Source: Prasinococcaceae sp. CCMP 1430 (taxonomy: Eukaryota; Plantae; Prasinodermophyta). From it: a stretch of DNA of 35,486 nt. The notes beneath the pieces were generated by a model. It had not been told where the DNA came from, searched no databases, and saw only the letters and a program-made list of their open reading frames with translations. Below are positions 23,562 to 33,742 of this stretch, one piece after another. The first letter of the stretch is position 1, and every line of letters starts with the position of its first letter. The stretch spans positions 1 to 35,486 of the forward strand of contig RQSC01000004.1 of assembly GCA_013416795.1 (NCBI GenBank). Direction: 5' to 3'. A program made the position numbers and the translations under genes.

Positions 23562-23864
23562 ATGACCGACTTCAACCCGCCCGCGTATCGCGGCGACCCG
23601 GGCATCAACCACACAGGCGACAACGCCTTCATTACGTGGATGGGGGGCTGCTGGGGCTTTGTGGCTATCGACAAGATCCGCCACGTGATCGAGCCCAGGC
23701 CGATGTTCAACCCGGCGGTGATGCTCGCGGCCGCTGAGGAGCGCCAATACGCCCGCACGGGCCGCAGCAGCAAGTACGAGGCGATGCAGAAGGACGGCAG
23801 CTACAAGGCCAGGGAGGAGAGAGCAAACAAGGCAGCGCTGGTGGAAGACTGGGGCCAGTCATAG
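23562..23864 (+). CDS. Small uncharacterised protein, 100 aa (MTDFNPPAYRGDPGINHTGDNAFITWMGGCWGFVAIDK...EDWGQS)
   Basis: ATG in a GCGATGA context, strong G/C third-position bias and protein-like composition, unlike the flanking low-complexity DNA. It has one mildly hydrophobic segment. Confidence 0.6.
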   Translation: MTDFNPPAYRGDPGINHTGDNAFITWMGGCWGFVAIDKIRHVIEPRPMFNPAVMLAAAEERQYARTGRSSKYEAMQKDGSYKAREERANKAALVEDWGQS

Positions 23865-24163
23865 CGCGGCGAAAGGGCGCGCCATCGGAGGGATGGCCCG
23901 CGCGCCGCGGCAGCCGGGCGTGTGCGCGAGGCGCCAGTGCGCGCGTGCGCTCGCACCCCCCCCCCCCACTTGTGTGCTGTGGCGGCCCGTCTGCTTGTAC
24001 ACAACCAAAGATTGATGCGCCCGCGCCGTTGCGCAGCGCGCGCGCATGCGCCCGCGCCCAAGCGCTCGCTCAGGTGCCGTGAGGTGCTGCAATGCGCGGA
24101 GTCGATTTACGAAGTCTGCCGGACCGGGGTTGGGGTGGCACCGCGACGGCGTCGGCGGCCGGC

Positions 24164-27138
24164 TCAAGCCCGCAGCGATCTCCTGTTGTCACCAATCCGC
24201 CTCACCAGCACGAGGTCGCCGTCCGAGCAGCGGATGGACGTGACGACCTCCGCGTCGCGCGCCTGCCGCGAGAGCACGTGGTGAGCGCCCACGAAGTCAG
24301 CCCACACCTGGCCCTCACCCGCCTCGCCAGCGAGGACGCCCCACGTTCCTTCACCCCACGGCGTGCTCACGGAGCCGTCCGCCTTGAATTCAACCCGCTT
24401 CACTCCTGACCAGGTGAACTTGGCACCTGGCGCGGTGAGCCAGGACACGAAGTCCGCCGAGCTCTTGCCCGAGACTCCTTGCGCGCCCTGCGAGAGTGCC
24501 TCCCCCGGTGGCCTCTTGTCGAGGGAGCACGACTTGAAGGGGTCCGAGGGCGAGTCCGCGCCGTCGGCCGCCGGCATGCCCGCGAGGGCCTTGACGTCGC
24601 GCGCGGCGCCGTCCGCGAAGCGCGACGCGAGGGCCCCCATACGTTCGGCCTTGCGCGCGTGATACGACAAGTGCACCGCCACCGGGGTGAAGCCCTTGGG
24701 CAGCGTCTTGTCCAGGCGCCAGGCCGCCTTGGAGTTCATGAAGCACAAGTAGTTGAGCACGCGCACGGTCGCGCCCGATGCCGCGTAGGGGCCGTGCGAG
24801 GGCAGATAAAGCTCTTGGTTCACCACCAGCCGCTCGTCCTCGCCCCTCAGAAGCCTCGAGGACGCGCGCGCCGCCATTGCCAGCGACGCCTCTGTGTCCG
24901 CAACGAAGACGAAGCCTGTGTCGCGAACGAACTGCCTGGTCCCGTGCACGTACCTGCTCCACCCCATCTTTGCGTCATCCACTACGTGGTCGTACCCATA
25001 CGCAGTGACGTCGTCGGTGCCCAACGAGGCGATCTCCACGTCGAAGTCATAGTACAAGTAGTCGAAGGGGTCCGCGAACAGCACCGTGTCAGGATCGAGC
25101 GCGAGTACGCTGTAGCCCCTGCTCACGCCCTCCTCCACTGCCTTCCACTTGAAAAAAGAGCGAGGTGCCTCTGCAGCCTCGCCCGCGGGCTCCCACAGCA
25201 CTGTAGCGAGGCCGCGCTTGCGCGCAAAGACGGCCGCGGTGGCATCGAGCGCCACCACGAGAACGCCAGAGAGCCCGATCTTGGCTGTCTGATCGGCGAA
25301 AACGGCCACCTCCTGCAGGTCCTCGCTGGCAGCGACGACCACGACGACGGTGCGTCCGCGCCCGCCGCGTGCGCCAGTCTGCGCACGCGCCGGGCGAAGC
25401 GCCGCGCCATTGGCCTCGGCGAAGGCCGCGCACCACAAGTCGTCCGCAGCCACGTCGGCACCGCACGCAGACTTGACGTAGCGTAAGTCGCGCGGTTCCA
25501 TATCCACCTTGCCGCCCCATGCCGTGCGCGGCTTACAGCCGGTGCCGTCCTGCAGCAACCTCAGAGTGCCTTGCACGTTGCGGCTCGTGAGTTGACCGTC
25601 CATGATCTGCCCACTATGCGCCCTCTCCAGCACTTTCGTTGGCTGGAGCGCGTCGTCTGAGTGCGAGCCGGTGTACTTCTTCAGTGCGTCCTTTTCGCCG
25701 TGGTGATAGTACTGCGCTATCGAGATCTGCCTGTCGCGCTTGTCTGTGTGGTAGTTCACGTGCACGGCGATCGGCGTGTGTGAGGTGAACCAATCCTGCG
25801 AGCGCATGTAGCGAAAGAAGACCTTGGTGTTGCAGAAACAGAAGGGGGACGCCACGCGCACAGTGGCGCCGGCGGTCTGGTGCGCGTCGTGCGCGGGGAG
25901 CATGAGTTCGAGGTTGTAACCGGCCTGGTCCCATAGCTCCTCGGTCGCCATCCGGTGCGCCATGATCTGCATGAGGCGGAGGGCGGGCACCGTGGCGGCC
26001 ACGTACCACAGCCCGGAATTGAGCGCTGCCATGCGCATGGTTGCAGGCACGTTGTACGCATACCCCATCGCGTGGTCCACGATAGGCTCGATGTCGCCGT
26101 GGAGCGTCTTGTTGTCCCACCCGTCCGACATGGACTCGATGTCCGAGTCGCGGTACAGCGAAGTAAAGGGGTCTGCCATGTACACTACGTCGGTGTCCGT
26201 GAGCAGCACGCTACAGCCGAGGTGAATGAAACCCTGCACGATGCCGAACTTCTGTGCGCTCACCTTGTGGTTGCCCTGCGCATCGTTCTTAATGAACCAG
26301 TGCGGCACTCCCTCCTCCGTGAGGCGCTTGGCCAGCGCCTCGTCGAGCGCTGCGATCATGAAGTTGGGGATGCTATGCGAGAGAAGGTCCGGGGCGGAGG
26401 TGGCAAGCGACACGCTGTCAGCGTCGGCGAAAAGAGGAAGCGTGTTGGCTCACGGGCGTGGAAAGGGCTCGCGCGAGCAGGCGCTAGCACGCGCACGCAC
26501 TTGACATCCTTGATGTACTTCAAGAAGATATCCAGGCCTGGCGCGTGGGAGTTTGCCACGGCTAGGAGCACCTCGCGATTGCGCGCAGTCGTGCGCAGCA
26601 CATCGCAAAGGTCCTGCAGGTTGTACTTGTCGCACTGGTCGGGGGGCGGCCACTCGGCGCCCTCGACGACCGGGACCGTCCACTGCGGCTCCACCTGCAG
26701 CGACCCGACTGATCGCTTCGGAGAGCAGTCGGGCGCGTGCGCGAACGGATCGTAGAAGTCAGGCACCCACTTAGCGTCGGGACGCAAGCTCGCGCCAACG
26801 ACGCGCCTGACCCCCTCGAGCGCCGAGCTACCGCCGCTGGCCTCCGCAGCAGCGGCAGCGACGTCGGCGTGCCCGGACGCCAGACCTCCTTGCTGTTGTC
26901 CCTGCCGAGCGTTCTCATCGATAGCTTTCGCGTGTGCCTCCGCGACAGCGTGCTCCAGCTGCACTTCCTCAGCCCTGTCACGCGCTGCCGCGTCCACGTG
27001 CGCCATGTCCAGCGCCACACCACCATCTACGCGCGCGACTGCGGCATGGTGCTGCGCACGGTCGAGCGCGCCCAGGCCCGCTGCGTGCGACACGGCCTGC
27101 GCGCGCGAGAGCGAAGCCTCGGCGACCGCCCGCTGCAT
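24164..27138 (-). CDS. Tandem nucleotide-diphospho-sugar transferase (GT77, RRA-like arabinosyltransferase); exons ~27138-26501 and 26372-24164; true start uncertain
   Basis: Domain 1 has LLTDTDVVYMADPFTSLYRDSDIESMSDGWD, NSGLWY, WDQAGYNLEL and AVHVNYH. Domain 2 has LALDPDTVLFADPFDYLYYDFDVE, GYDHVVDDAKMGWSRY, NQELYLPSHGPY, FMNSK and VAVHLSYH. Intron 26373-26500 (AA|GTGCGT ... CATAG|C) gives KDVNIPNFMIAALD. Confidence 0.85.
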
Positions 27139-27588
27139 TTCCGTGGCAAACGCATCGCGCCGCCTCGCCTCCGCTGCCGCATGGCGCCGCGCCGACAGCG
27201 ACCGCGGCGCCGCGGCGAGTGACCATCGCGCCCCGCCCCGCACCCACCCCACCCGCCTGCGGCGCGCTCGCCGTGTGGCCCGCTCCGCTCCGCTTCGGAT
27301 AACACACCCCCAGGGTTCCAGGGCCGCCCCGCCTTCGCCGTAATTAGGGTATATGGCATCTCGGAACTCAATTGTACATCATGGTATTTATTTTTGATGA
27401 TTCCGTAAACCCTTCGAGGCGATTCGTGCGAATCCATTTTGACGTTGGGATCATTCCGAGCCGAAAGCGGAAGCGGACGCACCGTTGTTAGTCAGAGTGC
27501 GGGCCGCCGTGCCCGGTCGCGCGCCACACGCTGCGCGCGCGCCCAATTGCTCCCCCCCCCCTCTGCCTGCCGCCGGCGCGTTCGAGCG

Positions 27589-28509
27589 ATGGCGGCGATC
27601 GCGATGGCGTCTACTACTGCCCCAACCACATCGCCCTCGCCCCCCCCCTCCGCCAGCCGGTCCGCTCCGCGGGTGCGCGGCAAGACGGTGGTGGTGACGG
27701 GCGGCTCGCAGGGCAGCGGCCGCGCGGCGGCGCTGCGCTTCGCGCGCGAGGGCTACAACGTCGCGCTGTGCGCGCGCACGCCCGAGACGCTCGCCGCCAC
27801 CGCCCGGGAGGTCCAGGGCGCGCTGCGCCCCCACGACGGCCCCGGCGGCTCGGCCGCCGACCTCCGCGTGCTGGCGCAGCCGACGGACATGGCGTGCGCC
27901 GAGTCGGTGGACGCCTTCGTCGCGGCGGTGGGCGAGCGGTACGAGAGCGTGGACGTGCTGGTGAACTGCGCGGGCGTGTGCCTGAGCGGCGAGTTCGAGA
28001 GCACCACCGAGGAGGACTGGGACGCGCAGTACCAGGTGAACCTCATGTCGGCGGTGCGCTCGTGCCGCGCCTTCCTGCCCGCGCTGCGCGAGACGCGCGG
28101 CGCCATCGTCAACGTCAACAGCTTCGGGGGCAAGATTCCGCTGAAGGGCATGTCGGCGTACACCGCCACCAAGTTCGCGCTCGACGGCTTCAGCCAGTCG
28201 CTCGCGCTCGAGGTCGCGGCGGACGGCGTGCACGTCGCGCAGGTCCACCCGGGCGTCATCGCGTCGTCGTTCATGGAGCGAGCGCAGTTCCGCGGCGAGC
28301 GCGGCGCCAAGGCGCAGGGCGCGATGAAGGAGATGCTCGGCGGCGGGGGCTCGGGCAGCGCCATCGTGCAGACGCCCGAGCAAATTGCGGACGCGGTGTG
28401 GCAGGCGGCCGAGCGGAAGAAGGCCGAGGTGGTCGTCGGCGCGCCGTTCAAGCTCGCGGTGGGGCTCTACCGGTACGTGGGCGTCAACCTCTTCGGGATG
28501 CAGCCGTGA
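27589..28509 (+). CDS. Short-chain dehydrogenase/reductase (classical SDR), 306 aa
   Basis: Rossmann motif TGGSQGSG, VNCAG, NVNSFGG and catalytic YTATK. TGTAA lies at 28592. Confidence 0.92.
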   Translation: MAAIAMASTTAPTTSPSPPPSASRSAPRVRGKTVVVTGGSQGSGRAAALRFAREGYNVALCARTPETLAATAREVQGALRPHDGPGGSAADLRVLAQPTDMACAESVDAFVAAVGERYESVDVLVNCAGVCLSGEFESTTEEDWDAQYQVNLMSAVRSCRAFLPALRETRGAIVNVNSFGGKIPLKGMSAYTATKFALDGFSQSLALEVAADGVHVAQVHPGVIASSFMERAQFRGERGAKAQGAMKEMLGGGGSGSAIVQTPEQIADAVWQAAERKKAEVVVGAPFKLAVGLYRYVGVNLFGMQP

Positions 28510-28693
28510 CGCGCGCGCGTCCCTAGCGGCACCTCTCCCCCCTCCCTCCCACCCACCCACACACGTGTATCATCACCCACACGCCCTCCCCTGTAAAAAA
28601 AAAGCCGTGCGTTGGTAAAAAAGGAGGAGCGCTCCGCCCTCGTCGTTCGCTACCACGCGCGCCCTTCCCGCCGCGCCCTTCCCAACCCCTGCA

Positions 28694-28768
28694 GCTTTGC
28701 TTTGCTTTGCTTTGCTATGCTATGCTATGCTTTGCTTTGCTTTGCTTTGCTTTACTTTGCTTTGCTTT
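28694..28768 (+). repeat. (GCTTT)n pentanucleotide microsatellite with three GCTAT variant units
   Basis: About 15 units between the convergent SDR and PH/WW genes. Confidence 0.95.
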
Positions 28769-28803
28769 CCTCCTCCCGGGGACCAAAAAGCTCTCCTACT
28801 AGT

Positions 28804-30896
28804 CTACTGCGGCGCTTCCCACTGCGTCTGTCCGGTCGCCGAGTTGAAGAAGTAGGCGCGCCCCTCGTTCGAGGTCAGCTGCTGCCACCCCTCGGGAAGG
28901 CCAGCGTGGGGTCGCGCTCCCTCCGCCCCCCACGCCTCCTGCGCCCCTCCCGCGTACCGCTGCTGGGCCGCGTGCGCGTCGTACTGCTGCTGCTGCCCCT
29001 GCTGCTGCTCGTAGCCGTGCCCACCGCCCGACGACTCGTAGCCGGCGACCTGGACCATGCCCTGGCCCGAGCCCACCCCCCCGTAGTTTCGGTGGCTGCC
29101 CTCATACACCCTTTCCCCCACCGCGCCGCCGTACGCGCTCCCCTGCTGGTCGTGCACGACCTGCACGCTGCCGTAGGCGGGAAAGAGGCCCCCCGCGCCG
29201 CCGCCGCCGCCGCCGCCGCCGCGGGCCGCGAGCTGCGCCGCCGGCGGCGGCGGCGGCGCGCGCGCGCGCTCCTCCGCGACCGCCGTCTCCTGGGACGCCG
29301 CGATGGCCATGGCGAGCTGCTCCTCCTCGGACAGCGGCGCGGGCGCCTTCTTCGCCTTTTCGGAACCAACCGCCTCCTTCGCCTTCTCCGAGGCGGCCGC
29401 CTTCTCCCTGCTCGCCTTGGCGCGCCTGAGCCCCTTGGCGTTGTCGATGCCCTCCTCGATCTTGGTGAGCCACATGGTCATCTCGACGGCGTTCTCCGCG
29501 ATGAGGTAGGTGATCTCGCCGTCGGTGCCGATGATCTTGAGCGCGTGCTTCCTGGCGCCCAGCGCGTCCGTCTGGCTGACGCTGTCGCAGTCGCTCATGC
29601 GGATGACGCCGCGCGGCACCGACCGCGGCGTGACGTCCGCGTCGAGGAAGCGGAACATCTGCAGGCTCTTGAAGACGAACCAGCGCCTGCGCCACGTCTT
29701 GATCTGCTCGCCCTGGCTGGACAGCCAGCCGCTCAGCTCGGGCTCCTTCCAGTACTCGATGTGGTCGCCCTCCTCGTTCATCCCGAGGCCCGCCTTGCTC
29801 TTGCCCTTGAGCAGGGTGGCCAGGCCGAGGCCGCTGCGAGCGACGGGCTTGGCGGGGGCGGGGGAGGCGGCGCCGCCCTTGGCGCCCGCCGAGCTCGAGC
29901 TCGAGCTCGCCTCGGCCTCGCGCCGCTGCTCCTGGAGGGCCTCCTTGGCGTCCTCGAGCGCGAGAGCGCGCGCGAGCGCCTCGTCGTTGTCCGTGTTGGG
30001 CGCGGCCCCGCCGCCGCCGTCGTGCGGGCCCTTGCCCAGCAGCTCGCACAGCTGCAGGCACGCCGAGGTGAGCGCGTCGAGCAGGCCCTGCGTGGTGCGC
30101 GAGTCGCTGCTGAGGCGCACCGCGCGCTGCTGCGACGGGTCCGCCTCGGACTTCACCCAGAAGCAGAAGACGTCGTCCTGCGCGGGGCGCGGGCCGCCCA
30201 GGCACCGCGAAGAGCGCGCCGCGGGCGTCAGCGCGGGCGGGCATGTGCGTGCGCGTGTGCGTGCGCGCGTGCGGCGTGTGTGTTGGGTGGCATTTGTGCG
30301 TGTTTCCACGTGTGCGGGTGCATGTGTGTGTGTGGGGAGGAGAGCCTGCGGCGCAGATCCTCGCGCTCGCGCGCGCGCACCTTCGGGTAGAGCGACCAGC
30401 GGATGATGGCCTCGAGCTCGTAGGACTTGACGACGCGCCCGTCCTGCTTGAGCACGAGCCCCTCGAGCGACACCTCGCACACGCAGCGCTGCGGCGCGAA
30501 GCCCTCCTCGCTGAGCAGGTTCACGCCGAAGCTCTGCGTGACGCCCCCGGCGGCGCCGCCGGGGGGCGACGCGGCGCCCGGCGCCGGGGCGAAGTTGCCC
30601 GCGCCGCCCAGCGACGAGAACATGTCGGGGCGGTACGGCACGGGGGCCTGCTGCTGCCGCTGCTGCGGCGGCTGCTGCGCGGGCTGCTGCGGGTAGTACG
30701 CCGACAGCGGCAGCGGCGCCTGCAGCGTCGCATGCTGCTGCCCCTGCTGCTGGTACTGCTGTTGCCCCCCCTGCTGCGGCGGCGCGGCGGCGGGCGCGGG
30801 CGGCGTCCCGCCGCCATACGCCCCGTAGAACGCCGCCGCCCCGCCCGGCGGCGCGGACGGCGCGCTGCCCTGCACGGGCGACGGGTAGTAGCTCAT
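28804..30896 (-). CDS. Multidomain adaptor: Q/P-rich region, PH-like domain, UIM-like helix, PH domain (AtPH1-like), UIM, WW; 629 aa; exons 30896-30381 and 30177-28804
   Basis: Phase-0 intron at 30178-30380 (AAG|GTGCGC ... CGCAG). PH: IEYWKEPELSGWLSSQGEQIKTWRRRWFVFK...YLIAENAVEMTMWLTKI. UIM: LSEEEQLAMAIAASQE. WW: LPEGWQQLTSNEGRAYFFNSATGQTQWEAP. The start assumes the ATG just before gap 30904-30944 is the initiator. Confidence 0.85.
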
Positions 30897-30903
30897 GCCC
30901 GCC

Positions 30904-30944
30904 NNNNNNNNNNNNNNNNNNNNNNNNNNNNNNNNNNNNNNNNN
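30904..30944. other. Assembly gap adjoining a C homopolymer
   Basis: N run followed by CCCCCCC. Confidence 1.
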
Positions 30945-31228
30945 CCCCCCCTCGGAAGCGCCCGCACGCGCCGCGCCACGCGCGCGCTCGCGAGGCCGAG
31001 AGCGACAGAAAACCCCCATCAAATCGCATTCGATTCAGGCATTCACATGCCACTTGACGTCGCCACGCCTCCTCATCAAAACACATCGCTGCAAGCGTGG
31101 ACGCATGCCATGTGATGTGTCACGCACGACGCGTGTCTTGGCATGCGGTCAAAGGGCAGAGAAAAAGGACAAATTGACGGTGGCGACGCGATGGCTCCTG
31201 ATGGCGACCGACGCCGCGCGGCGCCCTC

Positions 31229-31252
31229 AAAAAAAAAAAAAAAAAAAAAAAA
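31229..31252 (+). repeat. A24 homopolymer in the divergent promoter region
   Basis: Uninterrupted A run. Confidence 0.95.
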
Positions 31253-31747
31253 GGTAACAAGGCTTTCTCCCTCCACAGGAAAAACGCGGAACTCCCACAT
31301 GAAATCGCATCGAAATATTTTACCGCGAAATGCTTCAGGGTCGCGCGCCTCGCGGGGCGCCGCGAATTCCGCGGGCGGCCCCGCCCAAATGCCCCGCGCG
31401 CGCCCGTGGGCGGCGGATTTGGGGTTAAAACGTACCCCTAACCCACCCACCCCCGCAATCAGAAGCACAAATAAGATCAAAAACGGCGATACACACAAAC
31501 CCTATTCTCCGCGTGGGCGCATGCGGCTGTTGGGGCGGATCGCGGCCCCGCGCGCGCGCGCGCGCTCACCGCCCCGCGTTCCCATTTAAGGTTTTGAGGA
31601 ATAAGGGTTTAAAAATCCTCTGTGTGTGATGCGTTTTGGGCTGAAATGGCGAAGGGAGTAGGTTTGGGTTGGGCGCCTGCCGCGGCGCAAAGAAGAGGGC
31701 GCGTGCGCGCGCGCGCGCGCGCGCGCGTGCGGGCGCGGGCGCCGATG

Positions 31748-32205
31748 NNNNNNNNNNNNNNNNNNNNNNNNNNNNNNNNNNNNNNNNNNNNNNNNNNNNN
31801 NNNNNNNNNNNNNNNNNNNNNNNNNNNNNNNNNNNNNNNNNNNNNNNNNNNNNNNNNNNNNNNNNNNNNNNNNNNNNNNNNNNNNNNNNNNNNNNNNNNN
31901 NNNNNNNNNNNNNNNNNNNNNNNNNNNNNNNNNNNNNNNNNNNNNNNNNNNNNNNNNNNNNNNNNNNNNNNNNNNNNNNNNNNNNNNNNNNNNNNNNNNN
32001 NNNNNNNNNNNNNNNNNNNNNNNNNNNNNNNNNNNNNNNNNNNNNNNNNNNNNNNNNNNNNNNNNNNNNNNNNNNNNNNNNNNNNNNNNNNNNNNNNNNN
32101 NNNNNNNNNNNNNNNNNNNNNNNNNNNNNNNNNNNNNNNNNNNNNNNNNNNNNNNNNNNNNNNNNNNNNNNNNNNNNNNNNNNNNNNNNNNNNNNNNNNN
32201 NNNNN
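31748..32205. other. Assembly gap containing the 5' part of the TPR gene
   Basis: N run immediately after GCCGATG (ATG at 31745-31747). Confidence 1.
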
Positions 32206-32207
32206 CC

Positions 32208-32789
32208 AATTCGATCGCCGAGCGCGCGGGGGCCGCCGAGGGGCTGGGACGCGTGGGCGACGCCGACCTGGTCGCGCCGGAGCTCAGCGCGCTGCTCGCG
32301 CGCTGCGGGGGGCGCGCGGACGGCGGCGGCGCGCAGGCGGAGCTCGTGAGCGCCATCGAGAACTCGCTGTGGGCGATCTGGCTGCGCGCGCCCGAGCACC
32401 ACTCCGAGGCGCACGTCATCGACGAGGCGATGGTGCGCGGCATGCGGCACATGCAGACGCCCGTCGAGCTGCCGCTGGCGGTGGAGGTGTTCTCGGACGT
32501 CATCGCGCAGGCGCCGTCGTTCGCGGAGGCCGTCAACAAGCGCGCCACGGCGCTCTACCTGCTCGGCGAGCTCGAGCGCTCCGTGGCGGACTGCCGCACG
32601 GTGCTCAACCTCAACCCGCACCACTTCGGCGCGCTCTCCGGCCTGGGCATGTGCTTCCTCCGCCTCGGGCGGCCGCACGAGGCCAAGTCGGCCTTCGAGG
32701 AGGCGCTGCGCGTCAACCCGACGATGAACGCCATCTCCGACTACGTGGTGGCGCTCGAGGAGCAGCTCAAGGCCAGCGACGCCCAGTGA
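32208..32789 (+). CDS. TPR-repeat protein, 3' part (5' end in gap; possible ATG at 31745)
   Basis: The frame is open back to the gap. Sequence IENSLWAIW...PSFAEAVNKRATALYLLGELERSVADCRTVLNLNPHHFGALSGLGMCFLRLG gives three TPR-like repeats. Confidence 0.85.
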   Translation, partial: NSIAERAGAAEGLGRVGDADLVAPELSALLARCGGRADGGGAQAELVSAIENSLWAIWLRAPEHHSEAHVIDEAMVRGMRHMQTPVELPLAVEVFSDVIAQAPSFAEAVNKRATALYLLGELERSVADCRTVLNLNPHHFGALSGLGMCFLRLGRPHEAKSAFEEALRVNPTMNAISDYVVALEEQLKASDAQ

Positions 32790-32842
32790 GGACGGGGCGG
32801 CGGGCGAGGGCGAGGAGACAGGAGGGGCGGGGCTGAGACGGA

Positions 32843-32882
32843 CGCCCCCGCCGGCCGGCCGGCGGGGGCGGCCTTTTTGTAA
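32843..32882 (+). other. Perfect 28-bp GC palindrome followed by TTTTTGTAA, between convergent genes
   Basis: CGCCCCCGCCGGCCGGCCGGCGGGGGCG (32843-32870) is its own reverse complement. Confidence 0.8.
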
Positions 32883-32999
32883 ATGTGACATAGCGTCTGT
32901 GCGAATGATGAAAATAATGGCGTGTGGCACTTACGCGGCGGCGGGCCGGCGGCGCCGCCGGCGGCGGCGAGGCGCGCGCGCCGGGCTGCTCGGGCGCGC

Positions 33000-33742
33000 T
33001 CAGAGCTCGGCCTTGGCCTCCTTCTTCGCCATCGCCTTGGCGCGCGCGTCCATCACCAACTTCACGAACTCGTCCTTCTCCACCAGTCCCTTGTACCCGA
33101 TGCCGTGCTCCCCCAGCAGGTCCTTGAGCTTGCGCACGCGCATCTTCTTGATGTCCTCCTCGGACATCAGGGTGAGGTCGGGCGGCGGCTTGGGAAACTT
33201 GATGGCGCAGATGGTCTCGTCCTTCTTGGACGCGCGCTCGCACACCTTCTTGGAGGGCATGCCCATCGCCGCGGGGCGCGCCACCTCCTTCTTGATCGGC
33301 GAGAACGCGTAGCACAGCTTCTTCTCCTTGTCGTCGGCCACCTTGGACTTCTGGCCATCCCAGCCGTCGACGGTGCCGCAGTACTCGTCGATGGCCGCCT
33401 CCCAGGCCTCCATCTGCGCCACGCGGGGCGCGGGCGCGGGCGGGGTGGGGCGGTGCGGAGTGAGCGGGCGCGTCGGAGGGGTGGTGGTGAGAGGAGCGCG
33501 CGCGGGCGTCAGCGCGTGAGAGCGGCAGAGCTCCTCAGAGCCGGCACGCCGGCGCGCCAGGTGGCGGCGCGAGGGGCGCGGCGGGGCTCGTCCGCTGCCT
33601 CACCTTGCTGCGCTCCTTCTTCTCCATGCCCTCCTTGATCTTATCGACGACGGTGACGCACACCTCGCACTCGCCCTCGACCGCCGCGGCGGGCGCCGCC
33701 AGCAGCGCGACCGCGGCGAGCAGCCCGAGCGCGGCGACGAGC
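33000..33742 (-). CDS. MANF: MANF/CDNF (ARMET) family ER protein: signal peptide, saposin-like domain, SAP-like domain, KAEL; 5' end in gap; exons 33742-33604 and 33413-33000
   Basis: Hydrophobic signal LVAALGLLAAVALLAAPAAA. Six saposin-like cysteines (ECEVC, EYC, KLCY, KVCER, TICAIK). SAP-like DIKKMRVRKLKDLL and C-terminal KAEL. Phase-0 intron at 33414-33603 (AAG|GTGAGG ... CGCAG|ATG). Confidence 0.8.

Noticed and set aside
27027-27482. 151-aa minus-strand ORF upstream of the GT77 gene
   Set aside because: It crosses the AT-rich divergent promoter, is Arg-rich and low in complexity, and has no signal anchor or codon bias.
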